A stretch of DNA of 34,132 bases. It comes from Actinomycetota bacterium (GTDB taxonomy: Bacteria; Actinomycetota; Actinomycetes; Nanopelagicales; Nanopelagicaceae). The stretch lies in NCBI GenBank assembly GCA_041161945.1, contig JBEATO010000068.1:1-34132 (forward strand), given 5' to 3'. Positions 1-10,207 of the stretch are shown here, piece by piece (position 1 is the first letter of the stretch; each line of letters begins with the position of its first letter). The notes under the pieces are model-generated. The model saw nothing but the letters and a program-made list of their open reading frames with translations, searched no databases and had not been told where the DNA came from. A program made the translations under genes and the position numbers.

Positions 1-688
1 CAATCTTTCCTATTGCTGCAGTGATGAGCATGCCTAGGCATCCCCCGATGATCACGCGAAGGGTTGGCACCAAGAGCTTTGAGCCTGCAGTCCTGGCACT
101 GAGGATGCCTGTAAGAACTAAACCGGCAACTGTGAAGGCCACAATGTTCCATGCCTTAGCACCAAGAGTCGGTGCGAATGCTCCAAGGAATGGAACAAAT
201 CCTCCTGCTGTAAAACTTAGAGCTGAAGCGATAGCAGCCTGAACTGGTCGGGCCTTTGTATGAGGATGTTGACCCAACTCATCACGCAAGTGCGCAGCAA
301 GTGGATCTTTTTTATGCATCTCTTGTGCAACTGTTAGAGCAAGTTCAGGTGAGAGTCCACGGGCAATATAAATATGTTGCAGTTCAACAAGTTCACCTTC
401 TGGATCTGTAGCAAGGTGTTCAATTTCCAATAGACGATCTGATTCCTCAACATCGTTTTGGGAACGTACTGAAACATATTCACCAACTGCCATAGACATC
501 GCGCCTGCAGAAATTCCTGCGAGTCCTACTGTCATTAGTAAATCAGTTTTCCCGGCTGCGGCAACACCAATCATCAAAGCTGCTGTGGAGACTAGGCCAT
601 CATTTGCGCCAAGAACCGCTGCACGCAACCAACCAGCACGATGCGTGCGGTGGTGAAGATTGCGCTGATATACATCTTCAAGTGCCAT
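1..688 (-). CDS. VIT1/CCC1 family (Fe/Mn) transporter, 3' end runs off the window
   Basis: Not in the ORF track. Manual translation from ATG at 688 gives MALEDVYQRNLHHRTHRAGWLRAAVLGANDGLVSTAALMIGVAAA..., with the VIT1 motif LRAAVLGANDG. The same frame at the window edge reads ...LRVIIGGCLGMLITAAIGKI, the typical last TM helix. Confidence 0.9.
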   Translation of the reverse strand, partial: MALEDVYQRNLHHRTHRAGWLRAAVLGANDGLVSTAALMIGVAAAGKTDLLMTVGLAGISAGAMSMAVGEYVSVRSQNDVEESDRLLEIEHLATDPEGELVELQHIYIARGLSPELALTVAQEMHKKDPLAAHLRDELGQHPHTKARPVQAAIASALSFTAGGFVPFLGAFAPTLGAKAWNIVAFTVAGLVLTGILSARTAGSKLLVPTLRVIIGGCLGMLITAAIGKI

Positions 689-703
689 GAGAGTGAGCCT
701 ACC
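689..703 (-). promoter_or_regulatory. Putative -10 element for a leaderless VIT1 transcript
   Basis: GG-TAGGCT (hexamer 701-696) lies 7 nt before the ATG at 688; no SD-like sequence. Confidence 0.5.
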
Positions 704-709
704 TGAAAG

Positions 710-1516
710 CTATTGCCCTTTGCGCGATTGCACGCGAAGTGTCACTGCCGCGGCTAGTGCAACCAGCACACTGACCCAGATATTCAGGCGCAAACCAGCA
801 ATTGTCTCAGCGGAATCAATGCGGATGGATTCGATTGCTAAACGTCCTATTGAATACACCATTACATAGAGTGAAAAGACCTGCCCTGGTGCAAGGCGCT
901 TACCAAATTTAATCAAGGCAAATGCCAAAAGCACACACCACAATGATTCATAGAGAAAGGTTGGGTGAAATGTTTCAAATGCTGAATAGCCCGATGGCCG
1001 ATATTGCGCAGGGACTTCTAGCGCCCAAGGTGCTTGTAATGGTTTTCCAAATAATTCGATGTTAAACCAGTTGCCGAATCTGCCAATGGCTTGTGCAAAT
1101 AAAATTCCAGGGGCTAGCGCATCCAAAAAGAGTGCAAAGTTTGGCAATTGCATACGCCTTGCTAGCTGGCGATACCTCAACCATGCACCAACAGCGCCTA
1201 GCGAAATTGCTCCCCAAATGCCCAAACCACCTTCCCAGATTTTTAATGCATCAATTGGGTTTCCGCCAGAACCAAAATAAGCATCTGGTGAAGTGATCAC
1301 GTGATAGATACGCCCACCAATAATTCCTACAGGAACAGCAGTGATCGCAACCTCTGAGACAACAGATTTAGCTTCGGGTGCTTGAGCACGAAAGCGCTTG
1401 TCCCCTAACCAAATAGCAATTGCAATACCAGCAATGATGCATAGGGCATAGAGATGAAAAGTAAATGGGCCCAACTCCAACGATGAAACTGTTGGTGAAG
1501 GAATTGAGCGAATCAA
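710..1516 (-). CDS. lgt: Prolipoprotein diacylglyceryl transferase
   Basis: Motifs GGRIYHV, WEGGLGIWG, QAIGRFGNWFN and HPTFLYES; multiple TM helices; TTG start. Confidence 0.95.
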   Translation of the reverse strand: MIRSIPSPTVSSLELGPFTFHLYALCIIAGIAIAIWLGDKRFRAQAPEAKSVVSEVAITAVPVGIIGGRIYHVITSPDAYFGSGGNPIDALKIWEGGLGIWGAISLGAVGAWLRYRQLARRMQLPNFALFLDALAPGILFAQAIGRFGNWFNIELFGKPLQAPWALEVPAQYRPSGYSAFETFHPTFLYESLWCVLLAFALIKFGKRLAPGQVFSLYVMVYSIGRLAIESIRIDSAETIAGLRLNIWVSVLVALAAAVTLRVQSRKGQ

Positions 1517-1519
1517 GGC

Positions 1520-2239
1520 TTAGCTAGCTTCGAACGCAGCTGCGAACTCACTTGGAAGGAATGCATTGTTCTGACGCTCCCACTTTTTACCGTTAAAGAA
1601 CACGGTTGGAGTTCCTTGAACGTTGTATTTGGTCATAGACTCATAAGCAGCTCGGACGTAATCTAACTTTGAACCCTTGGTAACACAATCAATAAAGCTC
1701 TGTGAAGTAAGACCGGCATAACTTCCAATTTTGATTAAGTTTTCAGTTGAATAGAAACCTGAATTTTCAAGTACTGGCTGCACCATATACATGGCCTTAT
1801 GGAAATCTAGATAACGGGCTTCATCTGCTGCGCAGTAGGCAGCATTGGCTGCAGAAACTGATTCATTACCCAGGAAAGAGACGACGTGATAAACAACGTT
1901 AGCCTTTTTCGAACGTACTAAATCATCGATAAATTCGCCATTGGCTTGCTCAAATGTATTACAGACTGGGCACTGCGGATCTTCCCAAATATCAACTGTC
2001 TTTGCTGCGCCGTTGTTAAATGTAATTCCCGCGCCGTTAGCCTCATCAACGGTTGAAACAACTGTTGGACCAACTTTAAAATCGTTCAAGATTGCAAATG
2101 ACTCATTGGCTTTGGTGTTTTCACCAACAACACTGAAGATAGCCCCCGATGCAACAACTAGGGAGACCATTCCGATAACTAACCATCGCGTGAAGTTATC
2201 TCCGCCAGATGATTTGGTTGCCTTCGCCTGCTTTGCCAT
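1520..2239 (-). CDS. Membrane-anchored DsbA-family thioredoxin-fold protein
   Basis: N-terminal TM anchor, EDPQCPVC active site, second Cys pair (AYCAAD...FIDCV) and GTPT cis-Pro loop, as in actinobacterial DsbA/MdbA proteins. Confidence 0.88.
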   Translation of the reverse strand: MAKQAKATKSSGGDNFTRWLVIGMVSLVVASGAIFSVVGENTKANESFAILNDFKVGPTVVSTVDEANGAGITFNNGAAKTVDIWEDPQCPVCNTFEQANGEFIDDLVRSKKANVVYHVVSFLGNESVSAANAAYCAADEARYLDFHKAMYMVQPVLENSGFYSTENLIKIGSYAGLTSQSFIDCVTKGSKLDYVRAAYESMTKYNVQGTPTVFFNGKKWERQNNAFLPSEFAAAFEAS

Positions 2240-2736
2240 TACTGCTCCTCGTTATTTTGAAGTGGTTTTTCAATACTTAAACGTCCGTATGGGAAAAAGT
2301 ATAGATAAATGCCAGATAAAGCCAAACCTAAATCGCGCAGAATCTCCATGAGATAGGCCCTGCGTGCCTCGGAAGCTTTGCTTGGATCAATTTCCCCGCC
2401 TCCGCCAAAGCAACCACAGTCAATGAGGATGCCACGCGCCCACACTGAAATTATCGCTGCGGTAAAAATAATCATCACAGCAGTTCCAGCAATTGCGGCC
2501 AATCGTGTGGTGAGGCCAATAATCAGAAGAATTCCTAGAGCCACCTCAAACCATGGCAATGCATAACCAACCAGGTGAGCAAGATCTGTTGGCAATATTT
2601 TATAGGCAGCAACTGCTCCGGCTGACTCCGAGGGTTTAAATACTTTTAATCCGCCTGCTACTAATAACACTCCACCTAGAAGAAGGCGACAAATCAGTGT
2701 AATAAAAGGTTGATACTTCTTATGCAAACTATTCAT
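2239..2736 (-). CDS. MauE/DoxX family membrane protein
   Basis: About 4 TM helices; RLLLGGVLLVAGGLK, LPWFEVALGILLIIGL, the RGILIDCGCFGGGG motif and a C-terminal ILRD. Confidence 0.85.
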   Translation of the reverse strand: MNSLHKKYQPFITLICRLLLGGVLLVAGGLKVFKPSESAGAVAAYKILPTDLAHLVGYALPWFEVALGILLIIGLTTRLAAIAGTAVMIIFTAAIISVWARGILIDCGCFGGGGEIDPSKASEARRAYLMEILRDLGLALSGIYLYFFPYGRLSIEKPLQNNEEQ

Positions 2737-3536
2737 CGACCCTCTCGCACTCCTAACGCCAACTCTTTTGCTAATGCTGAAATTGCATCTAATCCTTCTT
2801 GCTCAGATTTTGCATTCAAAAGCAGTTTAATAAATGCAGAGCCAACAATCACGCCATCTGCATAGGCCGCAACTTGCTTTGCCTGCTCACGAGTTGAAAC
2901 ACCTAAACCTACTGAAACTGGAAGCGATGTAGTCTTTTTTACTCTTGCAACCAGGGCACTGGCATCAACTGAAACATTCGTTCTTGCCCCTGTTACTCCC
3001 ATGACAGATGCTGCATAGACAAAGCCACCGGTCTTAGAGGTGACTTGAGTCAAACGAGCATCAGAAGTACTAGGTGCCACAACATATATAGGATTGATTG
3101 CAGAGTTACTCACCGCTTCTAACCAACGTCCGGACTCTTCAATTGTCAGATCCGGCGTAATAACACCTGATCCACCGTTATCTGCAATGGATTGTGCAAA
3201 CTCATTCACGCCATATTTTTCAATAGGGTTCCAATAGGTCATTACAACTGATGCAACACCAGTGTCACTTGCCACCTTCAGAGCAGAAAATACATCTGCA
3301 GCATTAGTTCCACCTTTTAGCGAAATATCTGCAGCTTCTTGAATTGTTGGACCATCCATAATCGGATCACTGTATGGAAATCCAATTTCAATGGCATCCA
3401 CTCCCGCATCTGCCAGTGCTCGGATTGCTTTTTCGCAACCTGATTTGGAAGGAAACCCTGCTGGAATATATGCAATGAGCGCGGCTCTATTTTCTGCACG
3501 AGTTTTTTCAAAAACTAAATCTAAAGCTGTGCTCAC
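2733..3536 (-). CDS. trpA: Tryptophan synthase alpha subunit
   Basis: [30 protein letters not shown] and ADGVIVGSA motifs. Confidence 0.97.
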   Translation of the reverse strand: MSTALDLVFEKTRAENRAALIAYIPAGFPSKSGCEKAIRALADAGVDAIEIGFPYSDPIMDGPTIQEAADISLKGGTNAADVFSALKVASDTGVASVVMTYWNPIEKYGVNEFAQSIADNGGSGVITPDLTIEESGRWLEAVSNSAINPIYVVAPSTSDARLTQVTSKTGGFVYAASVMGVTGARTNVSVDASALVARVKKTTSLPVSVGLGVSTREQAKQVAAYADGVIVGSAFIKLLLNAKSEQEGLDAISALAKELALGVREGR

Positions 3537-4729
3537 AATGGAATTCCAAAATAGTTTGCAGCAGTTTGAACATCTTTATCTCCACGCCCAGAAAGGTTAA
3601 TCAGCAATGTGGCATCAGGGCCCAATTCATTTCCGATTACTAGCGCACCTGCTAGTGCATGAGCAGTCTCAATGGCTGGAATAATTCCTTCCGTACGACA
3701 CAGAAGAGAAAACGCGGCCATCGCTGCATCATCATTTACTGCGCGATATTCGGCGCGACCAATGTCATGCAAGTATGCATGCTCTGGACCAACGCTTGGA
3801 TAATCTAATCCTGCTGAAATAGAATGTGACTCAACTGTTTGCCCGTTGCTGTCCTGCATGATGTAAGAACGGGTACCGTGCAACACACCTGGTGATCCTC
3901 CACTTATTGTTGCGGAATGGCGACCAGTTTCAACTCCATCGCCACCTGCTTCCAAGCCAATCAAACGAACTCCCGCATCTGGAATGAATGCATGGAAAAT
4001 TCCCATTGCATTAGATCCTCCCCCGACGCAGGCAAGAACAGCGTCAGGCAATTTGCCAGTCAACGCTAGAACTTGCTCACGGGATTCTTCGCCAATTATT
4101 TTGTGGAAATCGCGAACCATTGTTGGAAATGGGTGTGGTCCGGCGACTGTGCCCAGCATGTAATGAGTTGTTGCAACATTTGTTACCCAATCGCGCATTG
4201 CTTCATTGATTGCATCCTTTAAAGTGCGAGACCCCGATGTAACTGGGACAACTTCTGCGCCTAACAATTTCATTCGAGCAACATTGAGTGCTTGGCGGCG
4301 TGTGTCTTCTTCGCCCATATAAACAACGCACTCAAGTCCCATTAACGCTGCTGCAGTTGCTGCGGCAACACCATGTTGTCCAGCCCCTGTTTCAGCGATG
4401 ATGCGCTTCTTGCCCATCTTCTTAGTAAGTAACGCTTGACCCAACACGTTATTAATCTTGTGACTACCCGTGTGGTTGAGATCTTCGCGCTTGAGCAAAA
4501 TTCTTGCCCCACCTGCATGCTCAGAAAATCTCTTAGCTTCAGTAATAATGCTTGGACGTCCTGTGTATGTGCGGTGAAGTTCTGCAAGCTCTGCTTGAAA
4601 AACCGGATCAGCTTTCGCCGCGTTATGCGCAGCTTCTAACTCATCTAAAGCCCCAATGAGTGCTTCTGGCACAAAGCGGCCACCGTATTGGCCAAAGTGG
4701 CCAAGCACATCACTTAACTGGTTTGTCAT
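3533..4729 (-). CDS. trpB: Tryptophan synthase beta subunit
   Basis: [16 protein letters not shown] (PLP lysine), [17 protein letters not shown] and NLSGRGDKD. Confidence 0.98.
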   Translation of the reverse strand: MTNQLSDVLGHFGQYGGRFVPEALIGALDELEAAHNAAKADPVFQAELAELHRTYTGRPSIITEAKRFSEHAGGARILLKREDLNHTGSHKINNVLGQALLTKKMGKKRIIAETGAGQHGVAAATAAALMGLECVVYMGEEDTRRQALNVARMKLLGAEVVPVTSGSRTLKDAINEAMRDWVTNVATTHYMLGTVAGPHPFPTMVRDFHKIIGEESREQVLALTGKLPDAVLACVGGGSNAMGIFHAFIPDAGVRLIGLEAGGDGVETGRHSATISGGSPGVLHGTRSYIMQDSNGQTVESHSISAGLDYPSVGPEHAYLHDIGRAEYRAVNDDAAMAAFSLLCRTEGIIPAIETAHALAGALVIGNELGPDATLLINLSGRGDKDVQTAANYFGIPL

Positions 4730-5511
4730 GAGTCAATCCTATCCCCGCCTAGAAGTTCACGCATGGCCAGCTCTGGATTGGCAGAGCGCACCAATGCCTC
4801 ACCCACCAAAATTGCACTCGCACCATTTCTTTGCGCAAATTCGACCTCAGGGCGTGTAGAAATCCCCGACTCTGCCACGCGCACCACATCAGTTGGAATC
4901 AGTGGCAGCAGTTCGGCAAATGCTTTTGCATCCACATCTAAGGTCTTGAGGTTACGTGAATTAACTCCAACGATTCGGGGTGATATCTCGAGTGCTCTTT
5001 CGAGTTCATCATGAGTATGTACCTCCACAAGTGCTCGCATGCCTAAACCATCAGATAGTTGATGAAAGTCATTGAGCTGTGACTTACTCAGCGCAGCAAC
5101 AATTAGAAGTACAACATCTGCGCCATGAGCACGTGCTTCAAAGAATTGATACTCATCAACCATAAAATCTTTACGCAATATTGGAATATTCACTCGTGAG
5201 TGCACAGCATCTAGATCAGCAAGAGAACCACCAAAGCGCCGTCTTTCAGTCAACACACTAATCACAGTTGCTCCCGCGTTTTCATACTGTTCAGCCAAAC
5301 TTGCAGGATCTGCAATTGTGGCAAGTGCTCCCTTACTAGGAGAAGAGCGCTTAACTTCGGCAATCACTGAAAGTTCATTGCTCAGCAATGTCTTTAAAGG
5401 ATCGCGTACTGGCGCGGCTATATCCATCGCCTCTTGCAGTTGAGCCAATGGCTTTCTGCGAGCTGCTAAATCCTCACGAACCCCTTCGATGATTGAATCG
5501 AGAACGCTCAT
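4726..5511 (-). CDS. trpC: Indole-3-glycerol phosphate synthase
   Basis: [29 protein letters not shown] and VAESGI. Confidence 0.96.
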   Translation of the reverse strand: MSVLDSIIEGVREDLAARRKPLAQLQEAMDIAAPVRDPLKTLLSNELSVIAEVKRSSPSKGALATIADPASLAEQYENAGATVISVLTERRRFGGSLADLDAVHSRVNIPILRKDFMVDEYQFFEARAHGADVVLLIVAALSKSQLNDFHQLSDGLGMRALVEVHTHDELERALEISPRIVGVNSRNLKTLDVDAKAFAELLPLIPTDVVRVAESGISTRPEVEFAQRNGASAILVGEALVRSANPELAMRELLGGDRIDS

Positions 5512-5678
5512 TTTTTATCCTGCACAGTTGGGTCAATACCCTCATCAAGTGCGCTCCACGTATTTAGCACACGGGGTTTTCTTTCATAGCGTGAAGAGAG
5601 TTTGAACTTCTTGCCTATAAAAAGAACTAGCGCGTAAACAACAAGGATGCTCACGCCAATTGCAATTGATTGCTCCAT
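5508..5678 (-). CDS. 56-aa single-TM protein matching the C-terminal part of the tryptophan-operon-associated membrane protein (Trp_oprn_chp / TIGR02234-like)
   Basis: Manual translation: [56 protein letters not shown]. It fills the trpE-trpC gap exactly, with TAATG and ATGA overlaps, and carries the SxRY...WxALDxGxDPT motif. Confidence 0.85.
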   Translation of the reverse strand: MEQSIAIGVSILVVYALVLFIGKKFKLSSRYERKPRVLNTWSALDEGIDPTVQDKK

Positions 5679-7162
5679 TAGCTCTTTCGCAATCTATTTG
5701 CCGAATCCACAGCCATTAATACGGCCGCTGCCTTATTTCTACACTCTTGATTCTCTGACTCGGCATCAGAGTCTGCAACGACTCCTGCCCCCGCTTGCAC
5801 GTATGCAACCCCATCATGAATAAGAGCTGTTCTTATCGCAATACATGTGTCGATGTTTCCTGTGAAATCTAGATAACCAACAATGCCACCATAAACACCT
5901 CGACGAGTTGGCTCAAGTTCTTCAATAATCTCCATAGCTCGAGGCTTAGGTGCTCCAGATAAAGTGCCTGCAGGAAAGACTGCAAAGAGGGCATCGACTG
6001 GAGTTGATTTCTCCCCCAATGTTCCAGTAACTGTTGAAACGATATGCATTACATGTGAATATCTTTCAATATGCATGAAATCAATAACTTCAACTGATCC
6101 TGGAGCACACACTCGTCCCAGGTCATTTCGCCCTAAATCAACCAACATTAAATGCTCTGCTCGCTCTTTCGGATCTGCCAAGAGTTCTTCACCTAAGCGG
6201 TGATCTTCTTCTGGCGACGATGAACGCTTTCTCGTTCCTGCAATTGGGTGAATCATAACTTCACGTTGGTTAACTTTCACCAACGCTTCAGGACTTGAGC
6301 CCACAATTGTGATTCCTTCATTGAAGCGGAATAAATACATATACGGACTTGGGTTATTAAGGCGCAGCATGCGATAAACATCGATTGCATCGGCAGAACA
6401 TGGCATTGAAAAACGCTGAGACAGAACTATCTGAAAAGCCTCTCCAGCAAGAATCTCCTCTTTGGCAATAGCAATCTTTGCTTTGAACTCATCAGGGCTC
6501 ATGTTGGCATCAAAGGTTGGTGAAGCATGTGAATCAATTTGTGCAATATCTCCATCAAGTGGCACAGCTAAATCTGCCTGCATGCGATCTAAGCGCTCGT
6601 TGCATGCACTAAAAGCCTCATCAATGCGATCATCGCTGCCATCCCAATTAATGGCGTTAGCAATTAAAGTAATAGTTCCATCACTGTGATCGAGAACTGC
6701 TAAATCACTCGTCAACATAAAACTCAACTCAGGAAGTGGTAGATCCTTCTTTGAAAGGTTAGGGAGTTTTTCGAGTCGTCTCACAACGTCATAACCCATA
6801 AATCCCACTAAGCCTCCAGTGAGTGGAGGTAATCCTGCAATCGTGGGTGATTTCAAATGCGCTGCGGAAAGACGTAGGGCTTCCAGTGGATCAATTCCAG
6901 TTGGTGCACCAGCTGGTGCCGTGCCCTGCCAGTATGCCTTTCCATCTTTTTCACTGAGCGTTGCTTCACTTCTCACGCCAATGAATGAATACCGCGACCA
7001 TGCACCGCCGTGTTCAGCTGATTCCAATAAAAAGGTATTGGCGGCATTTTTGGCTAACTTTCTATAGACGCCTAATGGTGTTTCACCATCTGCAAGCAAA
7101 CGTCTTGAAACTGGAATTACATTTGAAATTTTTGCATACGCGCGAAATTCTTCTAGGTTCAT
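5678..7162 (-). CDS. trpE: Anthranilate synthase component I
   Basis: FLLESAE and NPSPYMY (Trp feedback site), PIAGTR, EHLMLVDLGRND and PAGTLSGAPK. Confidence 0.96.
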   Translation of the reverse strand: MNLEEFRAYAKISNVIPVSRRLLADGETPLGVYRKLAKNAANTFLLESAEHGGAWSRYSFIGVRSEATLSEKDGKAYWQGTAPAGAPTGIDPLEALRLSAAHLKSPTIAGLPPLTGGLVGFMGYDVVRRLEKLPNLSKKDLPLPELSFMLTSDLAVLDHSDGTITLIANAINWDGSDDRIDEAFSACNERLDRMQADLAVPLDGDIAQIDSHASPTFDANMSPDEFKAKIAIAKEEILAGEAFQIVLSQRFSMPCSADAIDVYRMLRLNNPSPYMYLFRFNEGITIVGSSPEALVKVNQREVMIHPIAGTRKRSSSPEEDHRLGEELLADPKERAEHLMLVDLGRNDLGRVCAPGSVEVIDFMHIERYSHVMHIVSTVTGTLGEKSTPVDALFAVFPAGTLSGAPKPRAMEIIEELEPTRRGVYGGIVGYLDFTGNIDTCIAIRTALIHDGVAYVQAGAGVVADSDAESENQECRNKAAAVLMAVDSANRLRKS

Positions 7163-7164
7163 TC

Positions 7165-7506
7165 CTACTCACCCAGCGCTAACGGTGTGTGGAAACAAGA
7201 TTGCGCACCAGTATGACAAGCCACTCCAGTTTGTTCGACAAGGATAAGTAGTGCATCTCCATCGCAATCTAAAGCAACAGAGACAACTTTTTGATGATGG
7301 CCAGAAGTTGTCCCTTTAACCCAGAGTTCGTTTCTAGAGCGTGACCAGTAGGTTGCTTTGCCAGTGCTAAGAGTGAGCGCTAGAGAGTCTTGATTCATAT
7401 AGGCAAGCATCAAAACTTCATGCGTAGTTGAATCTTGCACAACGGCAGGCATGAGCGTTGCCGGATCTTTAAGCAACGCTGTAACTGCCGGATCAAGAAC
7501 GCTCAT
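7165..7506 (-). CDS. hisI: Phosphoribosyl-AMP cyclohydrolase
   Basis: [22 protein letters not shown] and [10 protein letters not shown]; no fused HisE domain. Confidence 0.95.
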   Translation of the reverse strand: MSVLDPAVTALLKDPATLMPAVVQDSTTHEVLMLAYMNQDSLALTLSTGKATYWSRSRNELWVKGTTSGHHQKVVSVALDCDGDALLILVEQTGVACHTGAQSCFHTPLALGE

Positions 7507-7520
7507 GGGTTAATTCTGCC

Positions 7521-8294
7521 TTACCTAACAGCCACGGCGCGCACAGGATAATTGTGCGAATCAAGGTAAGACTTCACATCTTTTATGCGGTGAATTCCAA
7601 AGTGGAACACACTGGCAGCCAGTAAGGCATCTGCTCCAGCATCAAGGGCTGCGCCAAAATCTGCCAGAGTTCCAGCACCACCACTGGCAATTAATGGAAC
7701 TGTTGAAACAGAACGCATCGCACTAATCATCCCAATGTCATAACCGGCACGGGTTCCATCTGCATCCATTGAGTTAAGAAGAATCTCTCCCACACCTAAC
7801 GCGCATGCTTTCTCAATCCACTTAAGTGCATCAATTTCTGTGCCCTCGCGGCCACCATGAGTTGTTACTTCAAATCCTGACTCTGTTCGAGCGCGTCTGG
7901 CATCAACAGAGAGAACAAGTACTTGTGAACCAAATCGATCTGCAATCTCGGCAATTAACTCTGGGCGCGCAATGGCTGCAGTATTAATAGAGACCTTATC
8001 TGCGCCGGCTCGAAGTAAGCGATCTACATCCTCAACATTTCTAATTCCACCTCCGACTGTAAGTGGAATAAATACTTGCTCAGCTGTGCGGCGAACAACA
8101 TCCAAAGTTGTCTCGCGTCCATCAACGGTTGCTGAGATATCTAGAAAAGTTAACTCATCAGCACCTTCTGCCCCATAGAGGGCAGCCATCTCAACTGGAT
8201 CTCCTGCATCAACAAGGTTTGTGAAGTTAACTCCTTTCACCACACGTCCATCAGTGACATCCAGACAGGGAATGATTCGGACTGAAAGTGTCAT
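7521..8294 (-). CDS. hisF: Imidazole glycerol phosphate synthase cyclase subunit
   Basis: [32 protein letters not shown] and SMDADGT. Confidence 0.97.
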   Translation of the reverse strand: MTLSVRIIPCLDVTDGRVVKGVNFTNLVDAGDPVEMAALYGAEGADELTFLDISATVDGRETTLDVVRRTAEQVFIPLTVGGGIRNVEDVDRLLRAGADKVSINTAAIARPELIAEIADRFGSQVLVLSVDARRARTESGFEVTTHGGREGTEIDALKWIEKACALGVGEILLNSMDADGTRAGYDIGMISAMRSVSTVPLIASGGAGTLADFGAALDAGADALLAASVFHFGIHRIKDVKSYLDSHNYPVRAVAVR

Positions 8295-9016
8295 CGTCCT
8301 GTAACTTTCAGGGCTTCTTGCAAAGTAAAGGCACCTGCATACAAAGCTTTTCCAACAATTGCGCCTTCAACACCTGTTGCATTCAAATCACACAAAGCTT
8401 GAATATCGACCAGAGAGGAAATTCCACCACTTGCCACCACAGGCTTCTTCGTTGCTGCACACACTGATTGAAGTAATTCTAAATTTGGTCCAGCAAGCGT
8501 GCCATCCTTTGTCACATCAGTTACTACATAGCGAGCACAACCATCTTTATCTAATCGTGCGAGAGTTTCGAAAAGATCTCCACCCTCTTTAGTCCATCCA
8601 CGTGCAGCAAGAACATGTCCGCGCACATCAAGTCCAACGGCGATGCGATCTCCAAATTCACCAATGACTCGTGCGGTCCACACAGGATCTTCCAACGCTG
8701 CGGTTCCAAGATTGACTCGCGTGCAACCTGTAGCAAGTGCTCTTCGCAAAGATTCATCATCTCTAATACCACCAGAAAGCTCTACCTTTATATCTAAGGC
8801 ACCAACTACCTCTGCTAGCAATTCAGCATTGCTGCCACGACCAAAAGCAGCATCCAGATCAACTAGGTGCAACCACTCAGCCCCAGCTGCTTGAAATTCA
8901 AGTGCAACTTCTAATGGGGCTCCATAAATACTCTCTTTGGCAAGTTCACCTTGCACCAAGCGCACAGCACGTCCATCTTTAACATCAACTGCGGGAAGTA
9001 GTTCTAAGTAACTCAT
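8291..9016 (-). CDS. priA: Bifunctional phosphoribosyl isomerase PriA (HisA/TrpF)
   Basis: [29 protein letters not shown] (PriA-type Ser) and the ARGW loop; no trpF in the trp cluster. Start moved to the ATG at 9016, which overlaps the hisH stop as ATGA. Confidence 0.92.
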   Translation of the reverse strand: MSYLELLPAVDVKDGRAVRLVQGELAKESIYGAPLEVALEFQAAGAEWLHLVDLDAAFGRGSNAELLAEVVGALDIKVELSGGIRDDESLRRALATGCTRVNLGTAALEDPVWTARVIGEFGDRIAVGLDVRGHVLAARGWTKEGGDLFETLARLDKDGCARYVVTDVTKDGTLAGPNLELLQSVCAATKKPVVASGGISSLVDIQALCDLNATGVEGAIVGKALYAGAFTLQEALKVTGR

Positions 9017-9615
9017 AGTGATTTCACCCAATTCGCAATCAAAGCTAATCCTGCATCTCCAGATTTCTCTGGGTGAAATTGCGTTGCCGAAACATAGCCA
9101 TCTTCAACGGCTGATAAAAACTTTTCCCCGTGAACACTCCACCCCTGCATCTTTCCAACAGCTTTCTTAGCTGCATATGAGTGAACAAAATAAAACGATT
9201 CCCCTGCAACACCTTTAAATAATGTGGAGTTCGAATCACTCTCAACGTTGTTCCAACCCATATGAGGCAATATCGGTGCATCAAGGCGAGAAACTTCACC
9301 TTCCCAGACACCAACACCTGCATGATTTCCATTTTCACCGTGTTCGCTGCCCTCTTGGAAAAGAATCTGCATTCCGATACAAATTCCTAAGACGGGTCTT
9401 TCATTGGCGATTCGTTCACGGATAATTGATGCGCCATCAACAGATTGCAATCCCTTCATGCAAGCAGCAAAAGCTCCAACACCTGGAACAACTAAGCCAT
9501 CTGCTTCAAGTGCAACAGCACGATCTGCCGTGACAACTACATCTAGACCAGAAGTAGCAAATGCTCTTTCTGCCGAACGTAAATTGCCCGAACCATAATC
9601 AAGAATTGCGATCAA
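9013..9615 (-). CDS. hisH: Imidazole glycerol phosphate synthase glutaminase subunit
   Basis: [32 protein letters not shown] and QFHPEKS. Confidence 0.96.
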   Translation of the reverse strand: MIAILDYGSGNLRSAERAFATSGLDVVVTADRAVALEADGLVVPGVGAFAACMKGLQSVDGASIIRERIANERPVLGICIGMQILFQEGSEHGENGNHAGVGVWEGEVSRLDAPILPHMGWNNVESDSNSTLFKGVAGESFYFVHSYAAKKAVGKMQGWSVHGEKFLSAVEDGYVSATQFHPEKSGDAGLALIANWVKSL

Positions 9616-10196
9616 AGAGAGCCTTTAGTTGAGGGGATACCTGCAACTCTTCCATCAAGTGAAACTGCATCGCGCAAAGCACGGGCAACTGCTTTGAACT
9701 GCGCTTCAAAAACATGGTGTGCATTTCTTCCTTCAAGCACACGGATATGCAGAGCAATATGTGCCTCAGCAACAATTGACTCCCAAATGTGTTTTCCAAG
9801 TGTTGTATCAAAAGTTCCGATGAGTTCAACAATCTCTGGCTGACGGTGAACTAAATATGGACGACCTGAAAGATCCACAGCTGCCTGAACTAAAACCTCA
9901 TCGAGTGGAACCATGGAGTCACCAAAGCGACGAATGCCAGACTTATCCCCCAACGCCTCACGTAGGGCTTGTCCAAATGCCAATGACGTATCTTCAACGC
10001 TATGGTGAGAGTCAACTTCAACATCACCTGTTGTTTTAATCCTTAGATCAAAGCCAGAGTGCTTACCAAGTTGAGACATCATGTGGTCAAAAAATGGCAC
10101 ACCAGTTGAAACATCGATAACACCTTGTCCATCTAGATTAAGTTCAACTAAGACATGTGACTCTTTAGTTGCTCTTTCGACTCGTGCTGTTCTCAT
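9612..10196 (-). CDS. hisB: Imidazoleglycerol-phosphate dehydratase (monofunctional)
   Basis: FFDHM, DSHHSVED and NAHHVFEAQFKA. Confidence 0.97.
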   Translation of the reverse strand: MRTARVERATKESHVLVELNLDGQGVIDVSTGVPFFDHMMSQLGKHSGFDLRIKTTGDVEVDSHHSVEDTSLAFGQALREALGDKSGIRRFGDSMVPLDEVLVQAAVDLSGRPYLVHRQPEIVELIGTFDTTLGKHIWESIVAEAHIALHIRVLEGRNAHHVFEAQFKAVARALRDAVSLDGRVAGIPSTKGSL

Positions 10197-10207
10197 GGTG
10201 GCCTCTC

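Noticed and set aside
9017-9031. MGEIT extension of PriA
   Set aside because: The ATG at 9016 forms a standard ATGA overlap with the hisH stop.
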